From Rickettsiales bacterium (GTDB lineage Bacteria; Pseudomonadota; Alphaproteobacteria; Rickettsiales; UBA8987): a DNA stretch of 64,000 nt. Location: contig OZ244955.1 in assembly GCA_965222525.1 (NCBI GenBank), positions 705,893 to 769,892 of the forward strand. Direction: 5' to 3'. Below, in pieces: positions 30,740-38,608 of this stretch. Each line of letters begins with the position of its first letter. Position 1 is the first letter of the stretch. A model generated the notes under the pieces. It did no database searches and had not been told where the DNA came from. It was given only the letters and a program-made list of their open reading frames with translations. The translations under genes and the position numbers were made by a program.

Positions 30740-30861
30740 TTACTGCCTCCAGATTTTATTGGAAAAAGCGAATTTTTCCAATCAGAAACGGACAGTTGCC
30801 GATATTAACTGGTTTGATTGAGAAGTAAATTTTAATCTTCTGAATTGTTCGGTTTAGCCTA

Positions 30862-31947
30862 TCATATTTTTTCAGCCCCTTCCATTTTATCCAGCCGTGC
30901 CATAATTACTTCCAAGGGATCTGCTTTTCCGTTAATTCCAATCCCTTTGATAATATCGCCCTGCCGATGGGTATCCACATAACCATAGCTTATAAAAGTG
31001 GTAAGCGGGCTTTCATGCCCAAGGTTTTGACTCCATGCCTTAAATTCTTCCGGTGTTGTACAAACCTTCTCGCCAAGACTAACTATGGTTCTCCGAAATG
31101 TATGAGGAGAGTGGTAAGGTATGCCAGCCCTTTTAAATGCCTCTTTAAAAATCTCTCTTATCTGGCTTGAGCTGGTCCAGTGAATTGGCTCGACCCCTCC
31201 GGATACAAACCCTCTTGCCCCATCCTGTACAAGTGCAGTTCGTGGAAAAACGGGGTCTTCACCACCAAACAGTTTTTCTTCCTTCAGGAACTTAATCCAG
31301 TCAATAAATATCTGTCTGATATCATCACCAACGGGAAAGAAAAATGTATCAATGTTTTTGCGAAACTTGGTCTTTACCTCACGCGGGTTTTGCTTAACCA
31401 CTTCATGGTAAAGATCGATATGTTTTAGCTTCAGGGAGGCAATAGCACCATCACGCACACCTGTCAAAATAGTAAATGCAAGTAGTGCACGGTTACGACG
31501 CTCAATTTCATTACTATCTGGCATAGCAGATAGTACAGCCCGTATCTGTTCTATGGTCGGATAGGGTTTAAAACCAGTGGATTTTGCTGCCCTGGTTTCA
31601 TTCTCCGACAAGCTGAGATATTCAATATGCAAGATATTTATCTTACGTTTATATCCACTTTGATAAGACATCCACTTAAAGAATTCCTTGAGACTATTAA
31701 TCGTACTATTCATAGTTGATAGGCTTAAAGCTTCTCCTGACTTCTGTGCCTTGGTTCCAGCAAGATGTTTCTTAAAACGAATAGCTGTTTGTTTGCTGAG
31801 TCCAAAGTCCTCGTATTTTGTAAAATCTTCCCAACGCAAAATAGCTTTACGTACATTATCAATGGTAGAATCACTTTGTTTTTTTGCCTCCTTTAAAAAT
31901 TCAAAATATTGTTTTTTGATACGTTCGTTTTTAGGGTTAATTTTCAT
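30862..31947 (-). CDS. Tyrosine recombinase / phage-integrase-family protein (second recombinase)
   Basis: Catalytic-domain signature ..LTGVRDGAI.. (R), HTFRRT (HxxR), LGHES and a Tyr in SYGYV. It is unrelated in sequence to the P4-type integrase. Confidence 0.85.
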   Translation of the reverse strand: MKINPKNERIKKQYFEFLKEAKKQSDSTIDNVRKAILRWEDFTKYEDFGLSKQTAIRFKKHLAGTKAQKSGEALSLSTMNSTINSLKEFFKWMSYQSGYKRKINILHIEYLSLSENETRAAKSTGFKPYPTIEQIRAVLSAMPDSNEIERRNRALLAFTILTGVRDGAIASLKLKHIDLYHEVVKQNPREVKTKFRKNIDTFFFPVGDDIRQIFIDWIKFLKEEKLFGGEDPVFPRTALVQDGARGFVSGGVEPIHWTSSSQIREIFKEAFKRAGIPYHSPHTFRRTIVSLGEKVCTTPEEFKAWSQNLGHESPLTTFISYGYVDTHRQGDIIKGIGINGKADPLEVIMARLDKMEGAEKI

Positions 31948-31951
31948 TGTC

Positions 31952-32434
31952 TTAATCTCCTATGTTGTTGTTATGGTTAGTGGTGGTATCGGCAGACTCT
32001 GCTAGGTGTGAGTCACACGCCAATTCTAGTTTGAATGATGCTTCTATTTCTTTCAGATTTTTTAGGTTTATCGTCTTGTTCATTTTCGAGTTACAAACAG
32101 TGCATCGCCCCACAAGATTTGGCTTACGCCCTTTGGATGTTTGCAGTAATACCTTACCTTTGAACGGTCTTCTTGGCTGTTGACACTTAAAGCATGGCAT
32201 TTCATCAACTCTGCACTGCCACTTTCGGTCATCCTGCCGCTTCTTTAAGAATGCCCGTAAAGTGCTACCATGAAAAATATATGGTGATTTGTCATCCACA
32301 GCTTCTAAGCCTTCTTTCATCCACGCATAAACTGTCCCCTTGGAAACACCTAGTTTCTCGGTAATATCCGTAACATAATAAGGGAAATTACCCTTAATTT
32401 TATTAACATCGAAGGTTTTGCTATATTTTTTCAT
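31952..32434 (-). CDS. HTH plus Cys4 zinc-ribbon-like protein, family not recognised
   Basis: HTH is GVSKGTVYAWMKEGL. CFKC...(20 aa)...CTVC follows. The ATG at 32434 overlaps the alpA 3' end. The stop is 4 nt before the recombinase start. Confidence 0.55.
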   Translation of the reverse strand: MKKYSKTFDVNKIKGNFPYYVTDITEKLGVSKGTVYAWMKEGLEAVDDKSPYIFHGSTLRAFLKKRQDDRKWQCRVDEMPCFKCQQPRRPFKGKVLLQTSKGRKPNLVGRCTVCNSKMNKTINLKNLKEIEASFKLELACDSHLAESADTTTNHNNNIGD

Positions 32435-32630
32435 TACTTCCACCCATGGTATCAATAAGTTTACGTATATCCTCAACCCGCCAGGCAGAAATTTTCCTGC
32501 CCAGTTTTATTGGCTGTGGAAAGCGGCCAGTTTTAACGCCTAACCACCATGTGCTTTTGCTTACAGGGATAACTTTAAGGATAGTTGGAAGTCTGACAAA
32601 GCCAGTTTCTGGTAAAATGATTTTATCCAT
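32421..32630 (-). CDS. alpA: AlpA-family transcriptional regulator / excisionase-like protein
   Basis: 69 aa with FVRLPTILKVIPVSKSTWWLGVKTGRFPQPIKLG, the AlpA/MerR-type winged HTH signature. Confidence 0.8.
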   Translation of the reverse strand: MDKIILPETGFVRLPTILKVIPVSKSTWWLGVKTGRFPQPIKLGRKISAWRVEDIRKLIDTMGGSNEKI

Positions 32631-32967
32631 TTAAAACTCCATAGTTGAGTGAACAAGTATGGAATAATTTTATATGATATTATTGATGTAATATAGATAT
32701 GTACGTTAAGAAAACCTATACGCCGCATAAAATAATTATGGTATATCAATATGTTGTCCAAGGTTTATTTTTTAGAGGAAGGTGTTTTATACAAAGCTAA
32801 AAAATAATCCCCCTAACCCTTGGATACGTTTACGTAAAGGTAGGGCAGGTTTGGCTTTGTTGCATAAGAAAAGTTAAACGGCTGGGGTCTTATGCAAATC
32901 ACTGCCTTTCGATTTCTTTTTGTATTTCAATAGGTTGCCCTCCCACAAAACAAGGCCGTAGGTTTGG

Positions 32968-33594
32968 CTAGAATGGTATCTCCCCTTCAAATTCAAAAAA
33001 CTCTTCACCAGTATCTAAATTTCCTGATGGAGTTTTTGGAGCGCCCCCCTTGGTGTTCCAATTGGCAACCTTGGCTATTTCTTCAATTGCTTGAGGTGAC
33101 AAACCAAACTTTGTAGAATTGGACTCTAGCCATGATTGGAGAGCTTGTTTTGGACTTTTATTTCTTAACAAAACTTTGTTTTGTGTCACTTCTTCCCATG
33201 CTTTTATTGCAGCAGCAAGTTTTGGTGCATACTGAGGGTGATTCTGGTCTAAATAAGGTAAGTGGTGTTTTCTATTGTGAAAGAAAAAGCCTGTGGTAAT
33301 TCCTCGTGATTCCAGCCAACGTTTAATTTCATCATTATGAATATATATACTGCACCACTCCACTTGTGAAAACACGCTATCTAAATACTCTCCTCCAGAG
33401 TATATCTTTATTTGACCGGAGTAGGCAGCTGTTTGTAAAGAAGCTTTTACGGCTTCATATCCCTTTGGCCTTTCATGTATATCCCACTGCTCAACATACT
33501 CCTGTGTACTGGAAGGGTCTTCCCCAACTATTAAAAGTGCTGCCTGAATAATATTAAAGGAATCACAAAGCCGCCAGTAATCCAAGCTTTCCAT
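32968..33594 (-). CDS. Hypothetical protein, translationally coupled to the integrase
   Basis: 208 aa. Its ATG overlaps the integrase TAA (TAATG). No motif recognised. Confidence 0.5.
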   Translation of the reverse strand: MESLDYWRLCDSFNIIQAALLIVGEDPSSTQEYVEQWDIHERPKGYEAVKASLQTAAYSGQIKIYSGGEYLDSVFSQVEWCSIYIHNDEIKRWLESRGITTGFFFHNRKHHLPYLDQNHPQYAPKLAAAIKAWEEVTQNKVLLRNKSPKQALQSWLESNSTKFGLSPQAIEEIAKVANWNTKGGAPKTPSGNLDTGEEFFEFEGEIPF

Positions 33595-34823
33595 TATCCT
33601 GCCCTTCCAAACTTGCCTTCAATGACATTGCCGCCGCCAGATAAAGCACGGTCGAGATAATCAGCCCACCACTGCATCATTTTATGGCGTTCCGGCAGAT
33701 GCCTGGCAAAATTATAATTTGCCTTGACCTTGTTACGTTCGGCGTGGGACAGTTGCAGTTCAATAACGTCTGAATTGAACCCATGCTCGTGCAGGATGGT
33801 TGAAGCGGTCGCCCTGAACCCATGTACGGTTGCACGGCCTCTATATCCCATACGGTATAGGGCATACAGAACCGTGTTCTCACTTATTGGCAATACTGGC
33901 TTGTTACGGTTCGGGAAAATTAGTGCCCTGTGGCCTGTTATCGGCGTCAATTCTTCCAGAATAGCCAAAGCCTGTTTTGACAGCGGAACAATATGCTCTT
34001 CCTTCATCTTCATGCGTTCTGCCGGAATACGCCACTCTTTTTTATCAAGGTCTATCTCTTCCCAACACGCCCCCCTTAATTCACCTGTGCGAACAAAGGT
34101 GGTAACAAGGAGCTTTAAAGCCAGCCTGGTTTGTATGTCACCGTCATATTCTCCGTCATATTTTTTCAGTTTTTGCAAGAATTCAGGCAATTCCTTTTCC
34201 TGCAACCTGTTAAAATGCTTTTTCTTACGAGACTGTAATGCCCCTTTCAGATCGGCAGAAATATCCCTTGTTGCCCTGCCTGTTGCAATTGCATAGCGAA
34301 AAATCTGGCCACTGGTTTGCATAACTCTATGCGCTATATCCAGCGCCCCGCGTTTTTCCACTTCCCTTACCGCTGCCAGTAATTCCGGAGCAGTTATCTC
34401 ATCTATTGGCCTGAATCCAACCGCCGGAAATATATCTGCTTCCAGGCGTTTTAGAACGTAGGAAGCGTGACGCTCTGTCCAGTTTGATTTTTTATTCTCA
34501 TGCCATTCACGGGCAATATTTTCAAAAGAATTTTCGGTATTTATATGCTTTGTAAGCTTTTCGATTTTCTTCTGTTGGGAGGGGTCAATTCCTTCTGATA
34601 TTTGTTTGCGGGTGTAATCACGCTTATCACGCGCCTCCTTGAGGGTAATTTCCGGATAAATACCAAGCGCCAGCGTATTTTCCTTGCCTGCGAAACGATA
34701 TCGGAAACGCCAGTATTTACTACCGTTAGGATGCACCAATAAATGCAGGCCTTTGCCGTCTGGCAGTTTATACTGCTTTTTCTGCGCCTTGGCGTTACGT
34801 ACTATTATATCTGTAAGAGGCAT
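33594..34823 (-). CDS. int: P4-type (DUF4102 arm-binding domain) tyrosine integrase
   Basis: N-terminus LTDIIVRNAKAQKKQYKLPDGKGLHLLVHPNGSKYWRFRYRFAGKE. Catalytic region has HGFRATAST and the Tyr region LSHAERNKVKANYN. Confidence 0.92.
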   Translation of the reverse strand: MPLTDIIVRNAKAQKKQYKLPDGKGLHLLVHPNGSKYWRFRYRFAGKENTLALGIYPEITLKEARDKRDYTRKQISEGIDPSQQKKIEKLTKHINTENSFENIAREWHENKKSNWTERHASYVLKRLEADIFPAVGFRPIDEITAPELLAAVREVEKRGALDIAHRVMQTSGQIFRYAIATGRATRDISADLKGALQSRKKKHFNRLQEKELPEFLQKLKKYDGEYDGDIQTRLALKLLVTTFVRTGELRGACWEEIDLDKKEWRIPAERMKMKEEHIVPLSKQALAILEELTPITGHRALIFPNRNKPVLPISENTVLYALYRMGYRGRATVHGFRATASTILHEHGFNSDVIELQLSHAERNKVKANYNFARHLPERHKMMQWWADYLDRALSGGGNVIEGKFGRAG

Positions 34824-34855
34824 AATTGTGCGGGTACATTTTGCAGCGACGAAAC

Positions 34856-34879
34856 TTTATACCCGTATTTATACCCGCA
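34856..34879. promoter_or_regulatory. Candidate integrase arm-type sites (tandem TTATACCCG repeats) between int and the tRNA
   Basis: Sequence is tttatacccgtatttatacccgca. An inverted half-copy tgcgggta lies at 34829..34836. Confidence 0.45.
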
Positions 34880-34992
34880 AATAATATAGGATGTCAACGG
34901 ACAATATAATACATGGTCGGATAAAAACCCAAGGAACTCTCTTGCTTTGCCTAGAAGTTTAAGATTTCGTCGGACGCTATCGGATATAAGGC

Positions 34993-35082
34993 TGGCGGAG
35001 GGAGAGGGATTCGAACCCTCGATAGAGTTACCCCTATACTTCCTTAGCAGGGAAGCGCCTTCAGCCACTCGGCCACCCCTCC
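34993..35082 (-). tRNA. tRNA-Ser (anticodon GCU), CCA encoded
   Basis: Hand fold of GGAGGGG-TG-GCCGAGTGGCTGAAGGC-G-CTTCC/CTGCTAA/GGAAG, a long variable arm, GAGGG/TTCGAAT/CCCTC, then TCCCTCC-G-CCA. Confidence 0.93.
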
Positions 35083-35251
35083 TTATACGGTAAAAATGGT
35101 GTTCAGTGTTCAGTGCACTGTGTACGGTCTTCCAATGAAAATACAGAATACTGAACACTAAGTACCTTCACAAACTCCACAACTGGTACGGATTTATGCC
35201 CTTGCCTTATCTACTCTCCCGTAAGTCGGAAAAGCCGAAACACAAACCTCT

Positions 35252-36274
35252 TCAAAAACCATGACTGGCAATCAATTCCTCGGCAATCTGCACTGTATTC
35301 AGGGCAGCGCCCTTGCGCAGATTATCGCTGACCACCCATATATTCAAGCCATTTTCCACTGTCGAATCCTTGCGGATACGGGAGATAAAAGTCTCACCGC
35401 GGCCTACTGACTCGGCAGGGGTAATATAACCGCCATCCTCACGGATATCCACCACAGAAACACCCGCTGCATTATCCAGCGCTTCCCGCGCCTCTTCCAC
35501 ATCGACCGGACGGGCGAATTCGATGTTAATCGCCTCGGCATGACCGACAAATACCGGCACCCGCACGCAAGTGGCAGTCAGCTTTATATCAGGATCGAGA
35601 ATCTTGGCAGTTTCCTGCACCATTTTCCATTCTTCCTTGGTAGAGCCGTCATCCATGAAGATATCGATATGGGGGATGACATTAAAGGCTATGCGCTTGG
35701 TGAATTGTTCCGGCTCCGGCTCATCATGCACATACATAGCCTTGGTCTGGTCGTACAACTCGTCCATAGCCGCCTTTCCCGCACCGGAAACCGACTGGTA
35801 TGTTGACACTACCACCCGCTTTATCTGCGCCAGATCATGCAGTGGTTTTAGCGCCAATACCATCTGTATAGTGGAGCAATTGGGATTTGCTATAATATTG
35901 CGTTTTTTATAACCGGCCAGCGCAGATGAATTCACCTCCGGAACCACCAGTGGTATATCATCGTCATAGCGAAAACAGGAAGTGTTGTCGATTACAACAC
36001 ATCCGGCTTCCGCTGCTCTCGGTGCATGGATTTTCGACACCGAAGCTCCCGGCGAGAACAATGCAATATCCACACCGCTGAAGTCAAACTTTTCAAGGTC
36101 CTGAGTCTTCAGGATTATCTCTTCCCCGAAACTGACCTCCCTGCCAGCCGACCTGCTCGATGCAACCGCATATATCTCTCCCACCGGAAAATTACGCTGG
36201 TCGAGTTCCTGCAACATCTGCCGTCCGACATTACCGGTTGCGCCTACTACTGCTATGTTATAATTATCTGACAT
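35252..36274 (-). CDS. asd: Aspartate-semialdehyde dehydrogenase
   Basis: NAD-binding motif IAVVGATGNVG, plus NPNCSTIQ with the active-site Cys. Confidence 0.95.
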   Translation of the reverse strand: MSDNYNIAVVGATGNVGRQMLQELDQRNFPVGEIYAVASSRSAGREVSFGEEIILKTQDLEKFDFSGVDIALFSPGASVSKIHAPRAAEAGCVVIDNTSCFRYDDDIPLVVPEVNSSALAGYKKRNIIANPNCSTIQMVLALKPLHDLAQIKRVVVSTYQSVSGAGKAAMDELYDQTKAMYVHDEPEPEQFTKRIAFNVIPHIDIFMDDGSTKEEWKMVQETAKILDPDIKLTATCVRVPVFVGHAEAINIEFARPVDVEEAREALDNAAGVSVVDIREDGGYITPAESVGRGETFISRIRKDSTVENGLNIWVVSDNLRKGAALNTVQIAEELIASHGF

Positions 36275-36399
36275 ATAGTTAATTCTAATCGGTTATTACG
36301 TCGTTATCCTTCGGTCTCGTAAAATTCACGTACCAGAATGTACGCTAAAATTTTACTCGCCTCGGATGCCTAGTACTAACCTGATTAGAATTAACTATA
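36274..36399. repeat. Family F palindromic element
   Basis: Inverted repeat tatagttaattctaatcgg...cctgattagaattaactata. The central cacgtacNNNNNNgtacg hairpin resembles the family E core. It abuts the asd start codon. Confidence 0.8.
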
Positions 36400-36461
36400 G
36401 GAATCTCCGAAAAGAGCACCATCTTATGAATTTATTACCCAAATGCAAGGATATATAAGCT

Positions 36462-36947
36462 ATGAGTATGCTTTTCATCATAATCCTGGTGGTTATGCTG
36501 CTGCTTTTTTATGATAAGGGAGCGGTGCTGCTGGTTCTGGTTGTCGGGGGTATAGGCATATACTGGCAGTTTTTTTACAGGAGCAGCTTTAACGCCGAGG
36601 AAAAACAGAACCTTATCGGGTTGCAGGAGGTAATATTGTCAGATGTTACGGCCAACAAGACATTCGGGGTATGGGAGGTGACCGGCAAGGCGCAGAATAA
36701 TAACAGGCAATATGCGGTTGAGTATCTGGCGCTCTCAGCCCGCCTGTTTGATTGCGAAAGTGAAGTTTATAATGTGGAGAAGTGTAAGGAAGTTGAAAAT
36801 GAAAGCACTACGTTCTATATAGACATACTACCCGGACAGACTGTCAATTTTAAGACAAATATGGATTTCAGCCAGACCTTGAGGGCGGAACATAACAGGA
36901 TATGGGATTTCCGTGTGGTCGGTGTCGGCGGCAATTACGCGGATTAG
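36462..36947 (+). CDS. Hypothetical membrane-anchored protein
   Basis: Two N-terminal TM segments. No family recognised. Confidence 0.5.
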   Translation: MSMLFIIILVVMLLLFYDKGAVLLVLVVGGIGIYWQFFYRSSFNAEEKQNLIGLQEVILSDVTANKTFGVWEVTGKAQNNNRQYAVEYLALSARLFDCESEVYNVEKCKEVENESTTFYIDILPGQTVNFKTNMDFSQTLRAEHNRIWDFRVVGVGGNYAD

Positions 36948-36956
36948 ATGATGAGA

Positions 36957-37114
36957 CTGTCACCCCGGATGGTATGTTTTCTCCAAAACTTGTTTTGGTT
37001 AGAAAACACCATTCTCGGGGTTACTACAACAGCACGTAACTGTATAATAACCCCGAGAACGCTATTTTCTGACTGAATCAAAGATTCAGAGAAAATATGC
37101 GTCCGGGGTGACAG
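36957..37114. repeat. Family B MITE-like element, copy B2
   Basis: Runs ctgtcaccccgga...tccggggtgacag, inverted relative to B1. It fills the 170-bp spacer. Confidence 0.9.
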
Positions 37115-37117
37115 TGT

Positions 37118-37474
37118 ATGACAAACAAACCAGAAATTACAATTTACGGAATAAAAAACTGCGATACCATTAAGAAAACTCTTAAATGGCTGGAGGATAA
37201 TGGTGTTAGTTATAAATTCCATGATTACCGCAAGGATGGTATTGATGAAAAGCAATTACGTCTCTGGGAAGAGGAGTTGGGCTGGGATAATATGCTAAAC
37301 CGCAGGGGCACAACCTGGCGTAAATTACCCGATGATGTGAAGGATAGTATCAATAAAGAATCCGCAATTGGTATAATGCTGGAAAATCCGGCGATAATAA
37401 AGCGCCCTCTAACAGACCTTGGTACTGAAAGAAAAATCGGCTTTAATGCGTTAGTAAAGGAATCAGGAATATAG
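37118..37474 (+). CDS. ArsC/Spx-family protein (YffB-like)
   Basis: ITIYGIKNCDTIKKTLKWLEDNGVSYKFHDYRKDG and NRRGTTWRKL. Confidence 0.8.
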   Translation: MTNKPEITIYGIKNCDTIKKTLKWLEDNGVSYKFHDYRKDGIDEKQLRLWEEELGWDNMLNRRGTTWRKLPDDVKDSINKESAIGIMLENPAIIKRPLTDLGTERKIGFNALVKESGI

Positions 37475-37497
37475 GAATTTAAGAATGCAGGAAATGG
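37461..37497. repeat. Stutter tract, AGGAATA type
   Basis: Sequence is aatcaggaatataggaatttaagaatgcaggaaatgg. It contains the stop codon of the preceding gene. It is the inverted partner of 37665..37699. Confidence 0.8.
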
Positions 37498-37500
37498 TAT

Positions 37501-37650
37501 TGTCATCCTGAACTTGTTTCAGGATCCATGTTTTCAATGACAAGATTTTTATAACAGGTAACTATATTTTGGTATTTTGAAGAATATAGTCGTAATTTGT
37601 CAGTCAAGAGATTTTTGATGGATGGATCCTGAAACAAGTTCAGGATGACA
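37501..37650. repeat. Family A MITE-like element, copy A2 (150 bp)
   Basis: Terminal inverted repeat tgtcatcctgaacttgtttcaggatcc...ggatcctgaaacaagttcaggatgaca. The interior is the reverse complement of A4. Confidence 0.92.
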
Positions 37651-37664
37651 ACCAAGAAAAATCC

Positions 37665-37699
37665 GGTATTCCTATGCTCTTGTATTCTTAAATTCTTCC
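37665..37699. repeat. Stutter tract, AGGAATA type, inverted orientation
   Basis: Sequence is ggtattcctatgctcttgtattcttaaattcttcc. Confidence 0.8.
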
Positions 37700-37710
37700 A
37701 AAGGAGCACT

Positions 37711-37974
37711 ATGAACAAGAAACAGCTGGAGAGAAAACGGCTCAGCAAGCTTGTCGCCACTGTCATAATAGCGGGGCTGCTATTTATGATACGTGACTGG
37801 TTTCATTCGGTTGCGGTTGATGAATGGGCACCATACCGCCTCAAGGAATTTGCCGAACTTATCAACATAAAAAGCTATCTGCCGCGCACCGAATGGATGG
37901 CTTTTATCCTGGCAATCCCTGTATTTGCCGTTCTGTTCTTTATAGCATTTATTATAATGTGGCTCGCTAAATAG
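37711..37974 (+). CDS. Small membrane protein (2 TM segments)
   Basis: aaaggag RBS followed by ATG at 37711. The listed start at 37645 lies inside the A2 repeat. Confidence 0.45.
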   Translation: MNKKQLERKRLSKLVATVIIAGLLFMIRDWFHSVAVDEWAPYRLKEFAELINIKSYLPRTEWMAFILAIPVFAVLFFIAFIIMWLAK

Positions 37975-38591
37975 TGCATGACCTCGATACATTATTATCC
38001 GAAGTGCGACAATGTCGCATATGTGAAGAGCATTTACCTTTAGGGGCCAATCCTGTCTTACGTGCAAGTGATACTGCAAAAGTGCTGATTGTCGGACAGG
38101 CACCGGGAACAAGGGTGCATAATACCGGTATCCCCTGGAATGACCCGAGCGGTGACAGGCTGCGGCAATGGATGGATATCCCCCGTGAGGTATTTTATGA
38201 TGAAAGCCGGTTTGCGATTATCCCTATGGGATTCTGCTATCCCGGCAGGGGAAAATCGGGAGATTTGCCGCCACGTCCGGAATGTGCCGAGGCGTGGCAT
38301 GAAAAACTGCTGGAGAAACTGCCCAATCTGGAGCTGACATTACTAATCGGGCAGTATGCGCAGAATTATTACCTTGGTAAGCGCCGGAAAAAGACACTTA
38401 CCGAAACCGTCCGCAACTGGCAGGAATACCTGCCGCAATATCTGCCCCTTCCCCATCCATCCCCGCGCAACCAGCTATGGCTTAAGAAAAACCAGTGGTT
38501 TGAGGAAAAAGTAGTACCTGTATTGCAAAAGAAGATTAGGGTATTTGTGTTTAAGCTCCCTGGTACTCTGAACTTCACACTGCCTAGCTAA
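37974..38591 (+). CDS. Uracil-DNA glycosylase superfamily protein
   Basis: The VLIVGQAPG motif and overall length fit the UDG superfamily. The subfamily is not resolved. Confidence 0.72.
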   Translation: MHDLDTLLSEVRQCRICEEHLPLGANPVLRASDTAKVLIVGQAPGTRVHNTGIPWNDPSGDRLRQWMDIPREVFYDESRFAIIPMGFCYPGRGKSGDLPPRPECAEAWHEKLLEKLPNLELTLLIGQYAQNYYLGKRRKKTLTETVRNWQEYLPQYLPLPHPSPRNQLWLKKNQWFEEKVVPVLQKKIRVFVFKLPGTLNFTLPS

Positions 38592-38608
38592 AATTTCCAT
38601 AAATAGCT

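Noticed and set aside
27255-31947. A phase-variable (shufflon-type) type I R-M locus driven by the adjacent tyrosine recombinase.
   Set aside because: Such systems need a second, usually silent or partial, hsdS copy in inverted orientation with shared inverted repeats. Only one hsdS is present, and I found no hsdS-like fragment or internal inverted repeat between 24.2 and 32.7 kb.
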